A DNA stretch of 64,000 bases from Octopus vulgaris (Eukaryota), in contig OX597815.1 of NCBI GenBank assembly GCA_951406725.2, positions 162,564,001-162,628,000 of the forward strand, in the 5' to 3' direction. The notes under the pieces are model-generated. The model ran no database searches, was not told where the DNA came from, and was given only the letters and a program-made list of their open reading frames with translations. The stretch's first letter is position 1; each line of letters begins with the position of its first letter. Position numbers and translations under genes: made by a program. Shown here piece after piece: positions 37,973 to 52,300 of the stretch.

Positions 37973-40569
37973 ACAATTTACTGTGATATTATTATCAGGT
38001 CTGTGAAGTGGGGTATAGATGGTAACATGCTGAGCAGTAATTAATTATGTAATGAGCAAGTTTAAATCCTGCCAGTTGGCTTTGATACAGCATTGTATCC
38101 CACCATTGGTCTACAGGAAATACTTGCTATATTCAATACAATACTTACAGCTGCTCCAACACATCATGTGTGTGTGTGTGTTTACAAATTATATTTTGCA
38201 ATAGAAATTTATAAACTAAGCGAAATCATGGTCATGGCCAATGCTGATGACACATGAAAGACACCCGTGCTGGTGACAAGAAAAAAAGCATTTGTGTCAG
38301 TGACATGTAATAGACACCCATTACACTCTTTGGAGTGGTTGGTGTTAGGAAGGGCATCCAGCCATAGAAACCAAGCCAAAACAGACCGGAGTCTGGTGCA
38401 ACTCTCTGGCTTACCTGCCCCAGTCAAACCATCTAACCCCATACCAGCATGGAAAATGGGTGCTAAATGCTGCTGATGATGATGATGAAGAAGAAGAAGA
38501 AATAGTTTCATTGAAAATGTGGACTGGACTTGGTTTTTGATATGAGTAACAACACAACCAAAATCAGCCTAAAATATCAATAACCTCATCCAACAAGTTC
38601 TGAAATGGTGTAAGGATGCAATAGAGAGTTGTTGGAGTAGTGTAGTGTAGGGTGCAATAATGTAGTATAATAGCAATGTGTTGAAGCATATGGCTTAGGG
38701 GTTGGATCATAAGATTGTGGTTTTGATTCTTGGACCAGTGATGCATTGTACTCTTGAGCAAGACATTTCATTTTTCATTGCTCTAGTCTACTCAACTAGT
38801 AAAAAGGAGTAGATTTTCAAATGCTGGGCCTCACAGAGGAACGAGGTGATGAAGTATGATCTTCAAATACTGAGCCTCATGGAGGTGATGACAAGTGACC
38901 AAGATCTTGGTGCTTGAGAAGACTTATCAAGCCAAGGGAAACCATAGTTGTGACTGTTGCCAGTGTCATGTAAATGGCACCTGTGCCAGTGGCACATAAA
39001 ATGCACCCATTACAGTCTTGGAGTGGTTGGCGTTAGGAATGACATCCTGCCATAGAAACCATGCCAAAACAGACTGGAGCCTGGTGCAGCTCTCTGGCTT
39101 ACCAGTTCCAGTCAAACTGGCCAACCCATGCCAGCATGGAAAGCAGACATTAAATGATGATGATGATGGTGGTGGTGGTGTTGATGATGAGGATGATGAT
39201 GATGATGTGAAGTTGTGACAGGCCTGGCAAGCTGGCTGTGGGCAGTGGACCTGCACAGGGACCAGCACAAGGCCCTTGCAGGCCAATCCTCTTTGGCAGC
39301 GGGAGCAGCATTAACAATTCTGCTGTAGTGAATGGGTCTTCTTGAGTACAGCAAAGCACCAGATATCTTGATCCTTTGTCATCTTTAAACATAAGATACA
39401 ACTTGCATAACAGAAGTTATCAATGGGCCCAGACGCTATGTGATCTTTATCTCCCATATGATGTGATGAAAAAATATGATGCACATATCAAAATTAATCA
39501 AAATATTGTATTGGGACCCTGGGACAAAATGAGAAATGAGGCTCGGAACCAAAGTGTTAATGCTTTCTATCTATGAGTGAAATTACTATCGGAAACAAAG
39601 AGTAAAACTATCTAGCATTATATTATTCAATGTAATTTTTTTAAAGAGAGAGTAGGATGTGATTTGAAGAGGATGTCTAGTAGATGAGCAACCATAGTGA
39701 TGTTGCCTTGTTGGCTCAAAGTAAAACATGTCTCAATTGAAATGCAATGTAAGGAGGAAAAAAAAATATGGGAAGAAAGATAAATGTAAAAAAGAAGACA
39801 AAAAAAAAAGAAATAGTTGATAGTAAATAAGATTGCAGAATAAGAGAAGGAAAAAAAGGAAACATATAAAATAATCAAATACTGAAGGAAGACAGACATC
39901 GGAAATGTAATCAAGAAATGATAATAGGGGAAAAGATAAATAATTTGCATTCTTTATTCTTATACTTCTTTTAAACTGTAGGGCAACGTCTAGAAGGAGA
40001 AATACAAAGCATGTGATTTGTAGTATTATTGTTGTTGTTTAATACCATTATTGATGTTATTATTACTCCTTCATCTGTCATTTTGTGGCAATAGAAGAAA
40101 ATAATAATAATTATTATCTTTATTATTATTTCTGTTGTGGTGCCAGCAAGATGTTCGCTTCCAGTCGCTCATCAGTTTTGTTTTATTTTCACTGTCTTAT
40201 TCAAAAGTTTGTGCTTTACTTTATTTCAGAAAGTCCCAAAGGTTGTAAGGATTTGTTCAACTCTGTTATATTTTCACTCTTTGCGACAGAATTTGTGATT
40301 TACTTTTTTAAAAATTTCTTCCAAATAATTTGAGAAAGCATGGTAAACAACCATGCCACAACAGACCATCAGGGTCTGGACAGCTTTGCTAGCCAGCTCC
40401 ATGTCAAACTGTCGACCCCATGCCAGCAAGGTAAGTGAACGTTAGACAATGATGATGATGATGATGATGATGGTGACAAACTTTTGGTCAAGAAGTCAAC
40501 AACAACAGCAATAACAATAACAATAGCAACAACAAGAAACAAGTGTGATGGTGGTGGGGTCACATAGTT

Positions 40570-41160
40570 AATTTTCAATACATGACTGCCAAATGCAGAT
40601 TTCAAAATATTGGTCAAAGTGCTTTCCAGAGAGGTTGGTGCCTGCTGACCGTGGTCTGATTGAGGATGTGTAAACATGCGCCATCCCAAACAAGTATAGC
40701 CACAGCAACCTTCACCTCATGTGATACATCATAGAATGGGTGTGTAAAGAACATGGCATGTGTGTGGTCTCTGATGAAGTTAGATCAACTGAAAGCTCTT
40801 AATAAGGTCAACCACTAATATTTAGTTGCTGTCCTCATAGCAGCCAGTTTCAGTTCTGTCTTCTCTGGGTGGATTGCTACAATGTACAACATCTACTCAG
40901 TGGTTTGGGTGAATGATCACCTATAGGAAGAATTCAGTATCATGCACTCAGTCCATCCAAGTTATACCATTCGTCTCTCCTTTATGTACTGCCTCTTGAG
41001 CCACTACTGTGGAAACTAGAGGCATTGAGTGACATCCTGCATGATCTAAGATGTGAAAGAACAGTGTCAGCATAAGCAGATGACATCACCATTATAGTGT
41101 CACATGCTAAGTACATCAAAGTAATCAGCACTACTCTGTGGAAATGTAAGGCTGTCAACT
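40570..41160 (+). pseudogene. L1/Tx1-clade reverse transcriptase remnant
   Basis: NADFKILVKVL; TCAIPNK..HSNLHL; LDQLKALNKVNH; LYVLPLEPLL; VSA*ADDITI (YADD motif). Confidence 0.88.
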
Positions 41161-42699
41161 CTCAACTCTTCAACTCTTGATCCTCTCTTGATGACCAGCT
41201 ACTGGGCTATTTATAAAGTCTCACTCCTACCACTTTTTACCATGAGGAGTATATAGTTTCACTATACAAATCCAGTAAATGGAAACTGAAAGAAGCCTGT
41301 TGTATATGCATGAAATAATTCAAGAATGGTGTGGAGTGAACAACGTAATTGTAAAATACCAAAAGCACAATTTCCGCTGGGTTGGACATGCTGTAAGATT
41401 CACAAACAACAGGTGGAGCCAAGCAGTTGCTGAGTGAGTATCCAAGAAATTTGAAAAGGTCTTCACATTGAAGGGAAGACAATTTAGTTAAGCTATATAG
41501 TTGGAACCAACAATGTATAACATCTGATAGTCTGATTGATACAGTGATGCAGTAATATATATATAATAGACATAAATAATGGGTTATATACATTTATTTA
41601 TTTACTGTAGGCTTACAGCTGTTTCAGATATGCATTTGGGGGTGTTCATGGTTTAATTTTATCAATAGGAAATGTAGAGAATGACCCTCTTCAACAGAGC
41701 CAAAACAAATCAACTGCCAAAAGAAAGAGAGATGAAATGTGGTCAGCATGGCATGTAAACAGAACTGGGCCACCTGTTTCTAACCAGCAACCTTAAGGCA
41801 TTGTTCTCTCTGATATCCATTACGAAATTTGATACCCCACAACCTCTTTATGATCTGTGGCAGGCTTTTGGCATTTACTACTACATTTTTGGAAATTATG
41901 TTAGGTGCAAGAAGTGCACTGAATGAACCTGTTGGAGGAGATGTCTTCCTGGGGTTAAATGGCAGTATTGTCATCTCTTAGAGGACAGCCACATTAAAGT
42001 TGTCATAAGCAATACTTTTTTCATTTGTATACTACTTCTATCTTGGACAGAGATTTTCTAACAGTTTCCTAGTTACAAAATCAGTGATTGTATGACATTG
42101 TGTTTTCTATATATTGCAAGCAAGGTAAACTGCTGCTGTACCTGCCAATGAGTATCCACTATTGAAGAGATCCAATACAGATTAAAACACTGTGGTCTAG
42201 TGGTCTTGAAGTTAAGGTGTCAGGAGTTATTTCCCACTTGCAATAGATATTGGGTGCGAGAAGTGCACTGAATAAACCAGCTGGAGATGTCTTCCTTGGG
42301 TAAAATGACAATATTGTTGTCTCTTAGTCAACCAAGACCACTCATAAGGATTTGGTTGGCTCAAGGCTATAATAGAAGACACTTGCCCAAGGTGCCATGA
42401 AGTGGGACTGAACCTGGAGACATGTGGTTGGAAAGCAAGCTTCTCCTGCAAAAAAATAATTAAGAGTTGATATGATTGACTAAACCCTAAGGTAAGTGAC
42501 CCTGAATAGCCACAATCCAGCGATTAGTAAAAGACTAAATAAATAAAAATATATAAAAAACATTCTAAATTTACGTCATTTATATCATTATAATTTCAAC
42601 AATTAGCTTAGGATATTTACAAATATGTTGGTCTTTTAGTTATATTCTGACTTCCACTTAGTCTTGGCATATATACTTATTGATGTCATAAGAACTTAC

Positions 42700-42860
42700 A
42701 AACTTTGAGAGAATGTGAAATAATTCTGTTTTTGGAATGATGGATCTTGAAGTAGATAAAGCTATAAATAATAGCCTTAGGCTTTTTTCTTCATCTAAAG
42801 GGTTTTTAAAACCCAATATTGGCAAGCTACTGTTTATAGTTTTGTCTGCTTTAAAATCCA
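42700..42860 (-). CDS. candidate internal exon, unknown protein
   Basis: CAG acceptor (weak pyrimidine tract); 53 open codons DFKADKTINSSLPILGFKNPLDEEKSLRLLFIALSTSRSIIPKTELFHILSKF; strong GTAAGT donor; no recognised homology. Confidence 0.25.
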
Positions 42861-42980
42861 CTGTGTCAATATTTTCACACACACACACACACTCACACAC
42901 AGAGCTACACACATATTTGCATATATAAATACATACAAAACACAAGATCTTAGAATCTTTCCTTTCTTGTAGCAATATAA

Positions 42981-43246
42981 TTACTTTATTACTGAGATAC
43001 AATTCAAAATCACTTCAAACAAACGGAAAAGAGAATAAGAAAATGAGATAACTAAAGACACAATGACATCATAAAATTTTCTCTCCTGGTATTCTTCCTT
43101 TTCTCCTTCTGTCTTCAAGTATAAATCTTCATTCTCTTTTTCTAACATGTGTCTCCTTCTATTTAACTTCATCTGTTTCTCTCTCTCATTTTTTCTCTTC
43201 CTGTCTCTCCCTGCATCTTTCTTTCTTTGAGTTATTTCCCTTGGTG
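42981..43246 (-). CDS. candidate exon, basic/coiled-coil peptide with hydrophobic tail
   Basis: TTTTGTGCAG acceptor; open frame PREITQRKKDAGRDRKRK...LNRRRHMLEKENEDL...VIVSLVISFSYSLF...*; GA-rich, so openness may be compositional. Confidence 0.22.
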
Positions 43247-43796
43247 CTGCACAAAAGGTAGTTAATTAAGAACATAATATATGATGTTCTGTTATTTCAT
43301 TGGTGTTATATTAAGTTTACTTAAGCTTTCTATTGAACCACAAATCATGGTCTACAATAAGAAGCATTTATCATTATTAAAATGTATAGAGGCATTTTTT
43401 TCTGGCTTCCGAGTTCTGAATTTAAAATGCTGAGCAGCATTTCTGCCATCTTTACATTCTGAGTTCAAAATTCTACTGAGATCGATTTTGCCATTCATCC
43501 TTTCAGAGTCAATAAATGAAGTACCACTCGAGGATTGGGATTGATGAAATAGACAAGAGCCTTCCTTCAAAATTCCAGTTCTTGTGCCTATTGTATAAAG
43601 GATTATTATTGTTACTCTCAGTTCAAATGCCACAAAAGTTGACTTTGCTGTTCCTCCTTTGGAGTTAAAAAAATAAGTACCTGTTGAATTTTGGGGTCGA
43701 TGTATTTGACAACCCTTTCCCCAATCGCCCCCAAATTTCCTGCCTTGTTCCTTAAGCAGAAATGATTATTATTATTATTATTATTATTATTATCAT

Positions 43797-43828
<32 letters not shown>

Positions 43829-44089
43829 TCATTAAAACAGTGAGCTGGCAGAATTATTTGTGCAAATGCTTAGTGGCATATTTTTCAGTTCCTTATGTTC
43901 TGAGTTCAAACACTACTAAAGTCAAATTTGCCTTTTATTCTTTCAGGGTAACTAAATAAAATACCAGTCAAGTACTTGGGTTAATTGACTAACTGCCTAC
44001 CACTAAAATTACTAGCCTCATGCCATAATCTGAAAAATTATTGTCTTCATCATCATCATCATTATTATTAGCAATGACCACTCACTCCC

Positions 44090-44545
44090 ACTGATTTCGA
44101 CAAATGAATGTTTGAAGGAAAGGATTAAATATGAAAGAAGCTGCATCCATTTGCTAAAGATGCATGAATGTAATTTGAGTTCAGGTATGGATTTTGCTAT
44201 GAAATCACAATGGAGACAATGACGATTTTGATTTTGCCTGAGATTGGACAAATGTGTCTGTTGATTGCTGGAAATAATTATTCCATTGTTCTATTTTGTC
44301 AACTCAATTTGTTTGGATGCTTCATGACATGCTTTACACCACTCAGATCAATCTAGGCAATAACTTTCTGGAGATGATAAATCAAGCTGTAGGGATTTAA
44401 GTGATTGTTTCAACTTATCCTTATACATAAGGATGGGTCTTCTTTTACTATGGAATCCCTTTACTTGTTGGTCATGCAAAAAAAATTGTGGTATGTGATC
44501 ATCATGCATTTAAACAACATGTCCTGCCCATCTGCACTGAATTCT
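44090..44545 (-). mobile_element. RTE LINE ORF2 C-terminus with C2H2-like finger
   Basis: QCRWAGHVV*MHDDHIPQ...RRPILMYKDKLKQSLK...CLHCDFIAKS...LKLH. Confidence 0.8.
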
Positions 44546-44580
44546 CAACATTATTATCATCATCATCATCATCATTATCA

Positions 44581-45126
44581 TTGAGCGAGAGAGCAGTGCA
44601 CACCATCGAAGTGACAGTGGGCTACAAATAGATGAAGCCTAATATACCCATCATGACTACCCATCTGGTAAGGGTACACCAGGCACATACATCACAACCA
44701 TATGTGCATGACATAGTGGTCTCATATCAAGATAAGCAGTGCATGACTTTGCAAGTGGGGCCCAGTTAAAATTTTTTCAGGTTGAGCAGCCCATCCCACT
44801 CAAAAGGTCACTGAATAAGGGTTGTTTAAAAATATTGAATGAAACACCCATGTTTCCATAGAGGAATTATTCAAACCTCAAAAGAATTCCTCTCAACACA
44901 TGGTTATGATGCTCCCCCACTACTTCTGCTCATGATCAGAGATGCACATATCATCAGCTACCAAGGAACATGCTCAACTGGTTAAGGTCAAGCAACTGAC
45001 AAGCAGATCTGTGATATTGAGCAGAATATTGTTGTAGCCCATCTTTTATACCAATACAAAATATATACATTTCAATCAGTTAAGATCAAAAGCCATGAGA
45101 GCCACTGTTTCCACTGTTTGATACTG

Positions 45127-45128
<2 letters not shown>
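44581..45128. repeat. ~550-bp interspersed repeat embedded in (TAT)n, probably a Dong/R4-type UTR or dependent element
   Basis: Second copy at 48261-48746; both flanked by TAT repeats. Confidence 0.7.
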
Positions 45129-45183
<55 letters not shown>

Positions 45184-45187
<4 letters not shown>

Positions 45188-45450
45188 TAATTTTATTTTT
45201 ATAGCGTACTTTCACTTCACTACCGAGCACAGCTCTGTGTGCCTTGGGTATGTGCTGTGGTTTGTTGTGATGCTTTTATGGCTAATGTATTGAGAGTGTT
45301 TTGCATAGGATGTGTGCAGTGCCCAGTAGTGCAATTTTCTGTATGTTATATATATTTGTAAGTCCTGGTGTATTTGTTGGAATATTTTTTTATCATACCT
45401 AATGCGCCTACTATGATAGGAATTGTTTCTGTTTTTAGATTCCACATTCA
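45184..45450 (-). mobile_element. Dong/R4 LINE 3' end (second family)
   Basis: MWNLKTETIPIIVGALGMIKK...NIQKIALLGTAHIL; (TAA)n both sides; tiny 3' copy at ~13660-13705. Confidence 0.85.
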
Positions 45451-46159
45451 AGTTATTATTATTATTATTATTATTATTGACTCTCATGATGTAAACATGT
45501 TTTCTTGTCTCTGACAAACTTTATTCTAGACATTACCAAATGAAATTTTCTTTGGAGAACTTACTGAAAAGGATTATAATTACTGAGAACTGGGGGTGTA
45601 GACAAAACAATCTGTTTTTACAAACTTAATTTTATTTTCTATGATGTACTGGCCATATTTATACATTCAAAATGGCTACTACACAAAGACGCTACAAGAT
45701 AAAAATATAAGTACCAAGGTTAATTTTGTTTTTACTAAAACCCATCAAGGCAGTGCTCCTGTCAGGTCACAATCCAATGACCAAAACAAATAAAACATAA
45801 AATATACAAAACACCAATGAACAAAAAGAAATAAAAAACTAAGCATTTTAATGGACAATTGATAAAAAAAAGTATCTCCAACAGTCTAACAGGTAATTTT
45901 GAAGATGATAATAATAACAATAACAGTATCATTTACACAGGGTCAAGTATTTTTATTGCTTGTATAGCAGCTGTGTTTAGGCTAATCTTGTGTCAGTTGT
46001 AACACAAACAAAATTTTTAGGTTTAACACAGTTCCCTGAGAAATAGGTAGTTTGGAGAATTTTGGAATCCCAGACTGGGTTCTTTACTATAGGATCTAAC
46101 CCAAGAAAGAACAAAGAGAAAATTGTCTGTTTTGTGAAGAATAGCACTGGATTAGAATT

Positions 46160-46386
46160 ACCTATTTCTTTACTACCCACAAGGGGCTAAACACAGAGAG
46201 GACAAACAAGGACAGACACACGGATTAAGTCGATTATATCGACCCCAGTGCATAACTGGTACTTATTTAATCGACCCTGAAAGGATGAAAGGCAAAGTCA
46301 ACCTTGGCAGAATTTGAACTCAGAACGTAACGGCAGACGAAATATGGCTATGCATTTCGCCCGGCGTGCTAACATTTCTGCCAGCT
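46160..46386 (-). mobile_element. SINE family A
   Basis: Matches 37741-37972. Confidence 0.85.
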
Positions 46387-46429
46387 CTACAATAACCACA
46401 TCAGGATTTTTCAGAAGAAATGCTTTCAA

Positions 46430-47440
46430 TCAAACAGGAAAAAAAGTTATGGTATTGTCTGTTGCACTTTTAAAAGGCTGAAACTGTTAGGAATTCTTCT
46501 GCCTGAACACTTGTGCCCCATATATAAGGCTTAGAAGTACAAGTGTGATGACAAGAGCCATTGGAAATGATGTGGGCCCATGACTGGCTGTCATTTTTGT
46601 ATTGCAGTAAGAGCAGATGGCTAAAGCAGGGATGAGGAGAGGCAACATGTAGTCAGGGAACGTAAAAGTCAATTTACAAGTTCTAGTGAAACCTGAAAGC
46701 AACATAATTTTACTGGAATTGTACCTGGTTAAGGACATTCAAGACAAAGGGTATGTAACTGATACTACAGAATGAATGGCTTAGTTGCTACACATGTGGT
46801 AGTAAGAACCACCTCAGCACCTTTTGTACGGAAGAACTAGAAAGGCAAGGCTGGAAAATGAAAAAGGAAAGCAACAGAGACTGGCCAAGGCAGTAACAAA
46901 AGCAACAAGCCCTAGTTTTGAGATTACTATCAGCCACAGATCCCAATCCAGGATGGCAGAGGAAATTGTCTCATACCAAATCCTTGAAACAAATGACCCA
47001 ATACCCCATCTGACAGTAGTAATTAGTAGTACCATTCTAATGTTATATGACATGGAAGACATAATGTTTGCAAAGGAAAGTGTCAAAACTGACTGAAGAA
47101 AAACAAAAAGACAAAAAACAAATTAACCAAAAAGTAATGCCAACACTAAAACAACCAAAATAGGTGAGGAGCAACAACTTTTGCTCAAGAATAAAAATGT
47201 CTTTCCCCAGAATAAGAATCAAAAAGAGAAAAGAGAAAGATGGAGAACTGAAATTTGCTATCCTTTGAAAATCAAACTGACAACTAATTGATAAAATCAC
47301 ATTCTGTGGTGCCAAGAAAATTCTGATGTGATAAATACAACTGTGGTGAAGTTAGATTTGAAATATATGAAACACCCAAAGGACATGTTACTTGTAAAAT
47401 CAAAACAAAGACATTATACCCCACTGTAGCTGTTTTATTC
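46430..47440 (+). pseudogene. degenerate LINE ORF1/gag-like region with CCHC zinc knuckle
   Basis: CYTCGSKNHLSTFC (CX2CX4HX4C) at 46786-46827 followed by A-rich sequence; stops and frameshifts; boundaries uncertain. Confidence 0.6.
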
Positions 47441-47466
47441 TAAAAGCATAAATGATTATCTAAGCC

Positions 47467-47726
47467 CTGTGTTTCTCAACCATTTTTTGTCTATGGACCC
47501 CATTGATTCCTATTTTTACTCAGAGTAGTGGCCCCTCATAGCCATTCAATATATAAAACCCCCTATTATATTTTGATGGTTAAATATTATTAGGAACTGT
47601 ATAAAAGAAGTGTTTAAACATTTTGTGTATTGTAGAAATATAACCAGCTAATAGCACATATATTTTTAACAGCAAAATCTTATATAGATCCCCAAGGGCC
47701 ATCTGGACTCCAATTGAGAACCACTG
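47467..47726. mobile_element. hAT-type MITE
   Basis: CTGTGTTTCTCAAC...TTGAGAACCACTG termini; ATCTA-type flanks; GGACCCC subterminal motifs as in 4183-4505. Confidence 0.7.
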
Positions 47727-48260
47727 ATCTAGCCTAACCAACTCAAAAAAATATCAACAGTTGCATCTGAGTTCACAAGACAACATGACATAAGAATGGT
47801 AGGTAGGTAGGGGCTTAGAATGCTCTAACCTGACATAACCAGTAGTTATTCATGTTTTATTTCTTTGTAATTATGTCCTGTTTTAATTATTGTTTTTATT
47901 GGACTTTTTTTCAAATATTTATTACTGTACAAACATTTGTGCTTTATAATTTTAATTGGCCCATTTATGTATTGTATATTCTCTCAACCATTCCTTTCAT
48001 CTTCATATAATGTATCCTTTTCATGCTAAACATCTTTGAATCTTTGAAAGTTCCTGTTTTTTGTCTCTTTGTATTTTTCACTATTCATTTGAGACCTTAT
48101 GGTTAATAACAAAAAGATTGTTATTATTATTATTGTTTTTATTATTTCATAGACAAACAACAGATTAGACTGTTGGAAAAAAATTCCTACTGTTGAGCTG
48201 CACCAAATAACCTTAGATGCCGAGAAACTTTATAAGTTCTTATTATCATCATTATTATTA

Positions 48261-48746
48261 TTGAGTGAAAGAGCAGTGCATACCATCAAAGTGACACTGG
48301 AGTAAAATATATGAAGCCCCCATCTGATAAGGCATGTGCATTACAACCATATGTGCGTGACATAGTGATCTCATATCAAGATAAGCAGTGCATGACCTTG
48401 CAGGTGGGACCCAGTTAGAATTTTCTTCAGGTCGAGTAGCCCGTCTTGCTCAAATGGTCCCTGAATAAGGGTTGTTTAAGTATGTTGAATGAAATACCCA
48501 TGTTTCCAGAGGTGAATTATACAAACTCCAAAGAATTCCTCTCAACACATGGCTATGATGCTTCCTCACTACTTCTGCTCGTGATCAGACATGCACATAT
48601 CATTAGTCACCAAGGGACATGCTCTACTGGTTAAGGTCAAGCAATTGACAAGCAAATCTGTGGTATTGAGCAGAATATTTGCTATAACCCATCTTTTATA
48701 TCAAGACAAACCATGTATATGCTAACACTTCCACTCAGTTAAGATC
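48261..48746. repeat. second copy of the 44581-45128 repeat
   Basis: Colinear similarity throughout. Confidence 0.8.
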
Positions 48747-48751
48747 GTTAT

Positions 48752-48842
<91 letters not shown>

Positions 48843-49213
48843 GGGGCAGCAAGCTGGCTGAATCGTCAGCATGCCAGGCAAAATGCTTAGCAGTATTTCA
48901 TCTGCTGCTATGTTCTGAGTTCAAACCCCACCAAGGTTGTCTTTGCCTTTCATCCTTTCAGATATGATGAAATAAGTACTAGTTGAAAACTGGGCTTGAT
49001 GTAATCGATTTACCCCATCCTCCTAAATTGCTGGCCTCGTGCCAAAATTTGAAACAATTATCATTATTATCATGGTAGCAAGGTGGCAGAATCATTAGAA
49101 TGCGGGACAGAATGATTAGTGGCATTTTGTCTGATTTCAAATTTTGCCAAGGTCAACTTTGCCTCAACTTACCCCTCCTCCACAATTGCTGGTCTTGTGC
49201 CAATATTTGAAAC

Positions 49214-49518
<305 letters not shown>

Positions 49519-49730
49519 GCGTGCTGAAAGGCGGTGAGCTGGCAAAATCGTTAGCTCACTGGGTAAAATGCTTGGTGGCATTTCGTCTTTCTTTATGTTC
49601 TGAGTTCAAATTCCACTGAAGTCGATTTTGCCTTTCGTCCTTTCAGGGCCATGTACTGGGGGTTGATGCAATTGACTTGTCCCCTCCTCTAAAATTTCGG
49701 GCTTTGTGCCTTTAGTAAACAGGATTATTA

Positions 49731-49777
<47 letters not shown>

Positions 49778-51043
49778 GTTATTGTTGTTGCTGTTATTAT
49801 TCCCAATTTCTTCTCATTTGTTGTGTTGTTTTTGATTTATATAATACTTTTTGTTTGTGTATTGTGATTGCTGTTGTTTATTTGTGTGCTATTAATATTA
49901 TTATTGTACATTTCTGTTGACATTGTTGAATTATTTCTTGCTGCTTATTTTTGTGCTGCTCATTTTTTTTTTTTTTATGTTGTCATTGAATCATTTTTGT
50001 TTTTGTTCTTGATATTCATGTTTGCATTATTGTTTATTTCTCCTTGTATTGTTGTCTTTCATTTTGTGCTGCTGTTTGTTGTTCACAATTGTGTTTTGAA
50101 AAATAATTCAAAAAGGCTAAAAAAAAAAAAAACAGTAACCACAACAACAGAAAAAAAAAATTCTTAATTGCAGCCAAAAATATCCTTTGACAAGTAAGTC
50201 GACCAAAGCATGACATTTAAAAGAAAAAAACATATTCTTCTATGTTCACCAAACAATCTGGTACTAGTCACAGTTTGACAAAGTGACAGTGGCTCGTTAT
50301 TCTCAAGAACTGACATTACTCATAATTAAATTTTGATTAATAAACATATTTCTTTAATTTTGCGGAGGGTTGGGTATGGAAGGAGATGAATTGGATCTAT
50401 AGAGTAATGATGCACACAGCCTCATCATTTACATTTTCCTCCTTTTTTACTCTTGAAATAGAAGTACTTTAACAAAAAACCATTATTGTTGCCATTGATA
50501 GCATTGTTATCCATTCTGAACCAATGAAGGATCCCCCCAATGCAGTTGCTTGACCTGCTAAAAATAGCAGCTGAATTTTCCTTGAATTATGCTCTGTCAG
50601 CTTCAGAAATAAAAGATATGGAAGATACATTGGATAATGTAATTGAAGGTATCCTATGGCTTAAAAATGATGGGAACATGTCTCTGTGATTGAGAAGTTT
50701 GCTTCTCTAACATCGGTTCAGGTACAGTTTTACAGTGTGTCTCCTTGGACAAGTGTAGACCCTATTGTAGACCCATGCTGACTAAAGTCTTGTGAGCAGA
50801 TTTGGTAGAAAGTGAATGTGCCTACTGTATGTGCATCATCCTCATCCTCATCATCATCATCGTTTAACATCTGCTTTCCATGCTAGCATGGGTTGGACGA
50901 TTTAACTGAGGACTGGCGAACCAGATGGCTACACCAGGCTCCAGTCTGATCTGGCAGAGTTTCTACAGCTGGATGCCCTTCCTAATGCCAACCACTCCGA
51001 GTGTGTAGTGGGTGCTTTTACATGCCGCTGGCACAAGGGCATA

Positions 51044-51084
<41 letters not shown>

Positions 51085-52300
51085 CGGTGTGTGTGTGTGT
51101 GTGTGTAAGTGTGTACATATGTATGTATGTATAAATGAATGAATGGAATTAAATAAATGACAAAGGAACATGAGATTATGTAATGAGCTTCATTAGCTTA
51201 CAGCTGTTTCTTCTATAAGATACAGTGCACTAAGAGCTGAGTGTTTGTGGATCATTATATAGCTTCCCTGGTATTTCAAAATGAAATGCAAGTTATTTGG
51301 GGAAAACATTGCATCCTATAGCAGAAACAGCTGTAAGGTAATGATATTTATTGCATAATTTCCAGTTTCTTTGTCTTTTATTTATTTTCATATTATGCTC
51401 TGTACTCGACTAGCTCTTTATTTTAAAGCATATTACTACGCCTAAGTGAAATTGTGTGTGTGTGTGGGGGGGCGAATGTTGGAAGATATGTGTCTTTTTG
51501 TCTTGACATCACTCAACTGTTATAAACAAATGTCATTCATTTCCAATAGTGTGTGTAAATATGTCTGGGATTGGGAAATGTTACATTGCTTGGAAATAGA
51601 TATGGGTTGGCAACAAGAAGAGCATCGAGCTATAGAAAATGTACCTCAAGAAACTCTGTCTGACTCATGCAAGAATGGAAAAGTGAATGTTAAAAGACAA
51701 GGAGGAGGAGGAGGTTATCATAGGTTCCAGAAATTGTAAATAAACCCTACTTTACAAATAAATGTTTAGAATTCAAAGCCAACTTTGAAAATGGTTAACA
51801 ATCAAGATTTCTTCCTTTCTTCTTTTGCTTTAAGCCTGAGATGCTGTACAACGTACGTATGTACATGCATACATACTTACATCATTCTTGCAACATGTTC
51901 AGTCCACTGCTGGACAAAGGCCTCAGCATGTTCTCTCCACCGACCATGGTCTGATGTTTTTCTCATCCAAGTTTGGTGCTGAAGAATTTAATAAAGTCTT
52001 CATTCCAAATTCTGCATAGTTTTCCTCCAACTTCTTTTTTCTGGACATGGTGTCCATTCTGTCAATTTACTATTCCATCAGTTGTCTTTTCTTCTAAACA
52101 CATGTTCTGCAAAATACTATTTCAGGTTTTTTATTTTCAAAGTAATACCCATTAAACCTCTTGACGCTCACTGACAAGGCCCTTCATTTGGTTCTTGAAC
52201 ATCCAGTATTAAATCTGATTTAAAAGCATTTGAGTTGCTACTTATAGCAGTGCTTGGCTGAACTCATGTCATCTTATTATTATTATTATTATTATTATTG

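Noticed and set aside
40765-40800. Hammerhead-like CTGATGA-AGTT..AACT-GAAAGCTC
   Set aside because: No stem I, and it lies in frame within the Tx1/L1 RT remnant (LMKLDQLKAL), so it is coincidental
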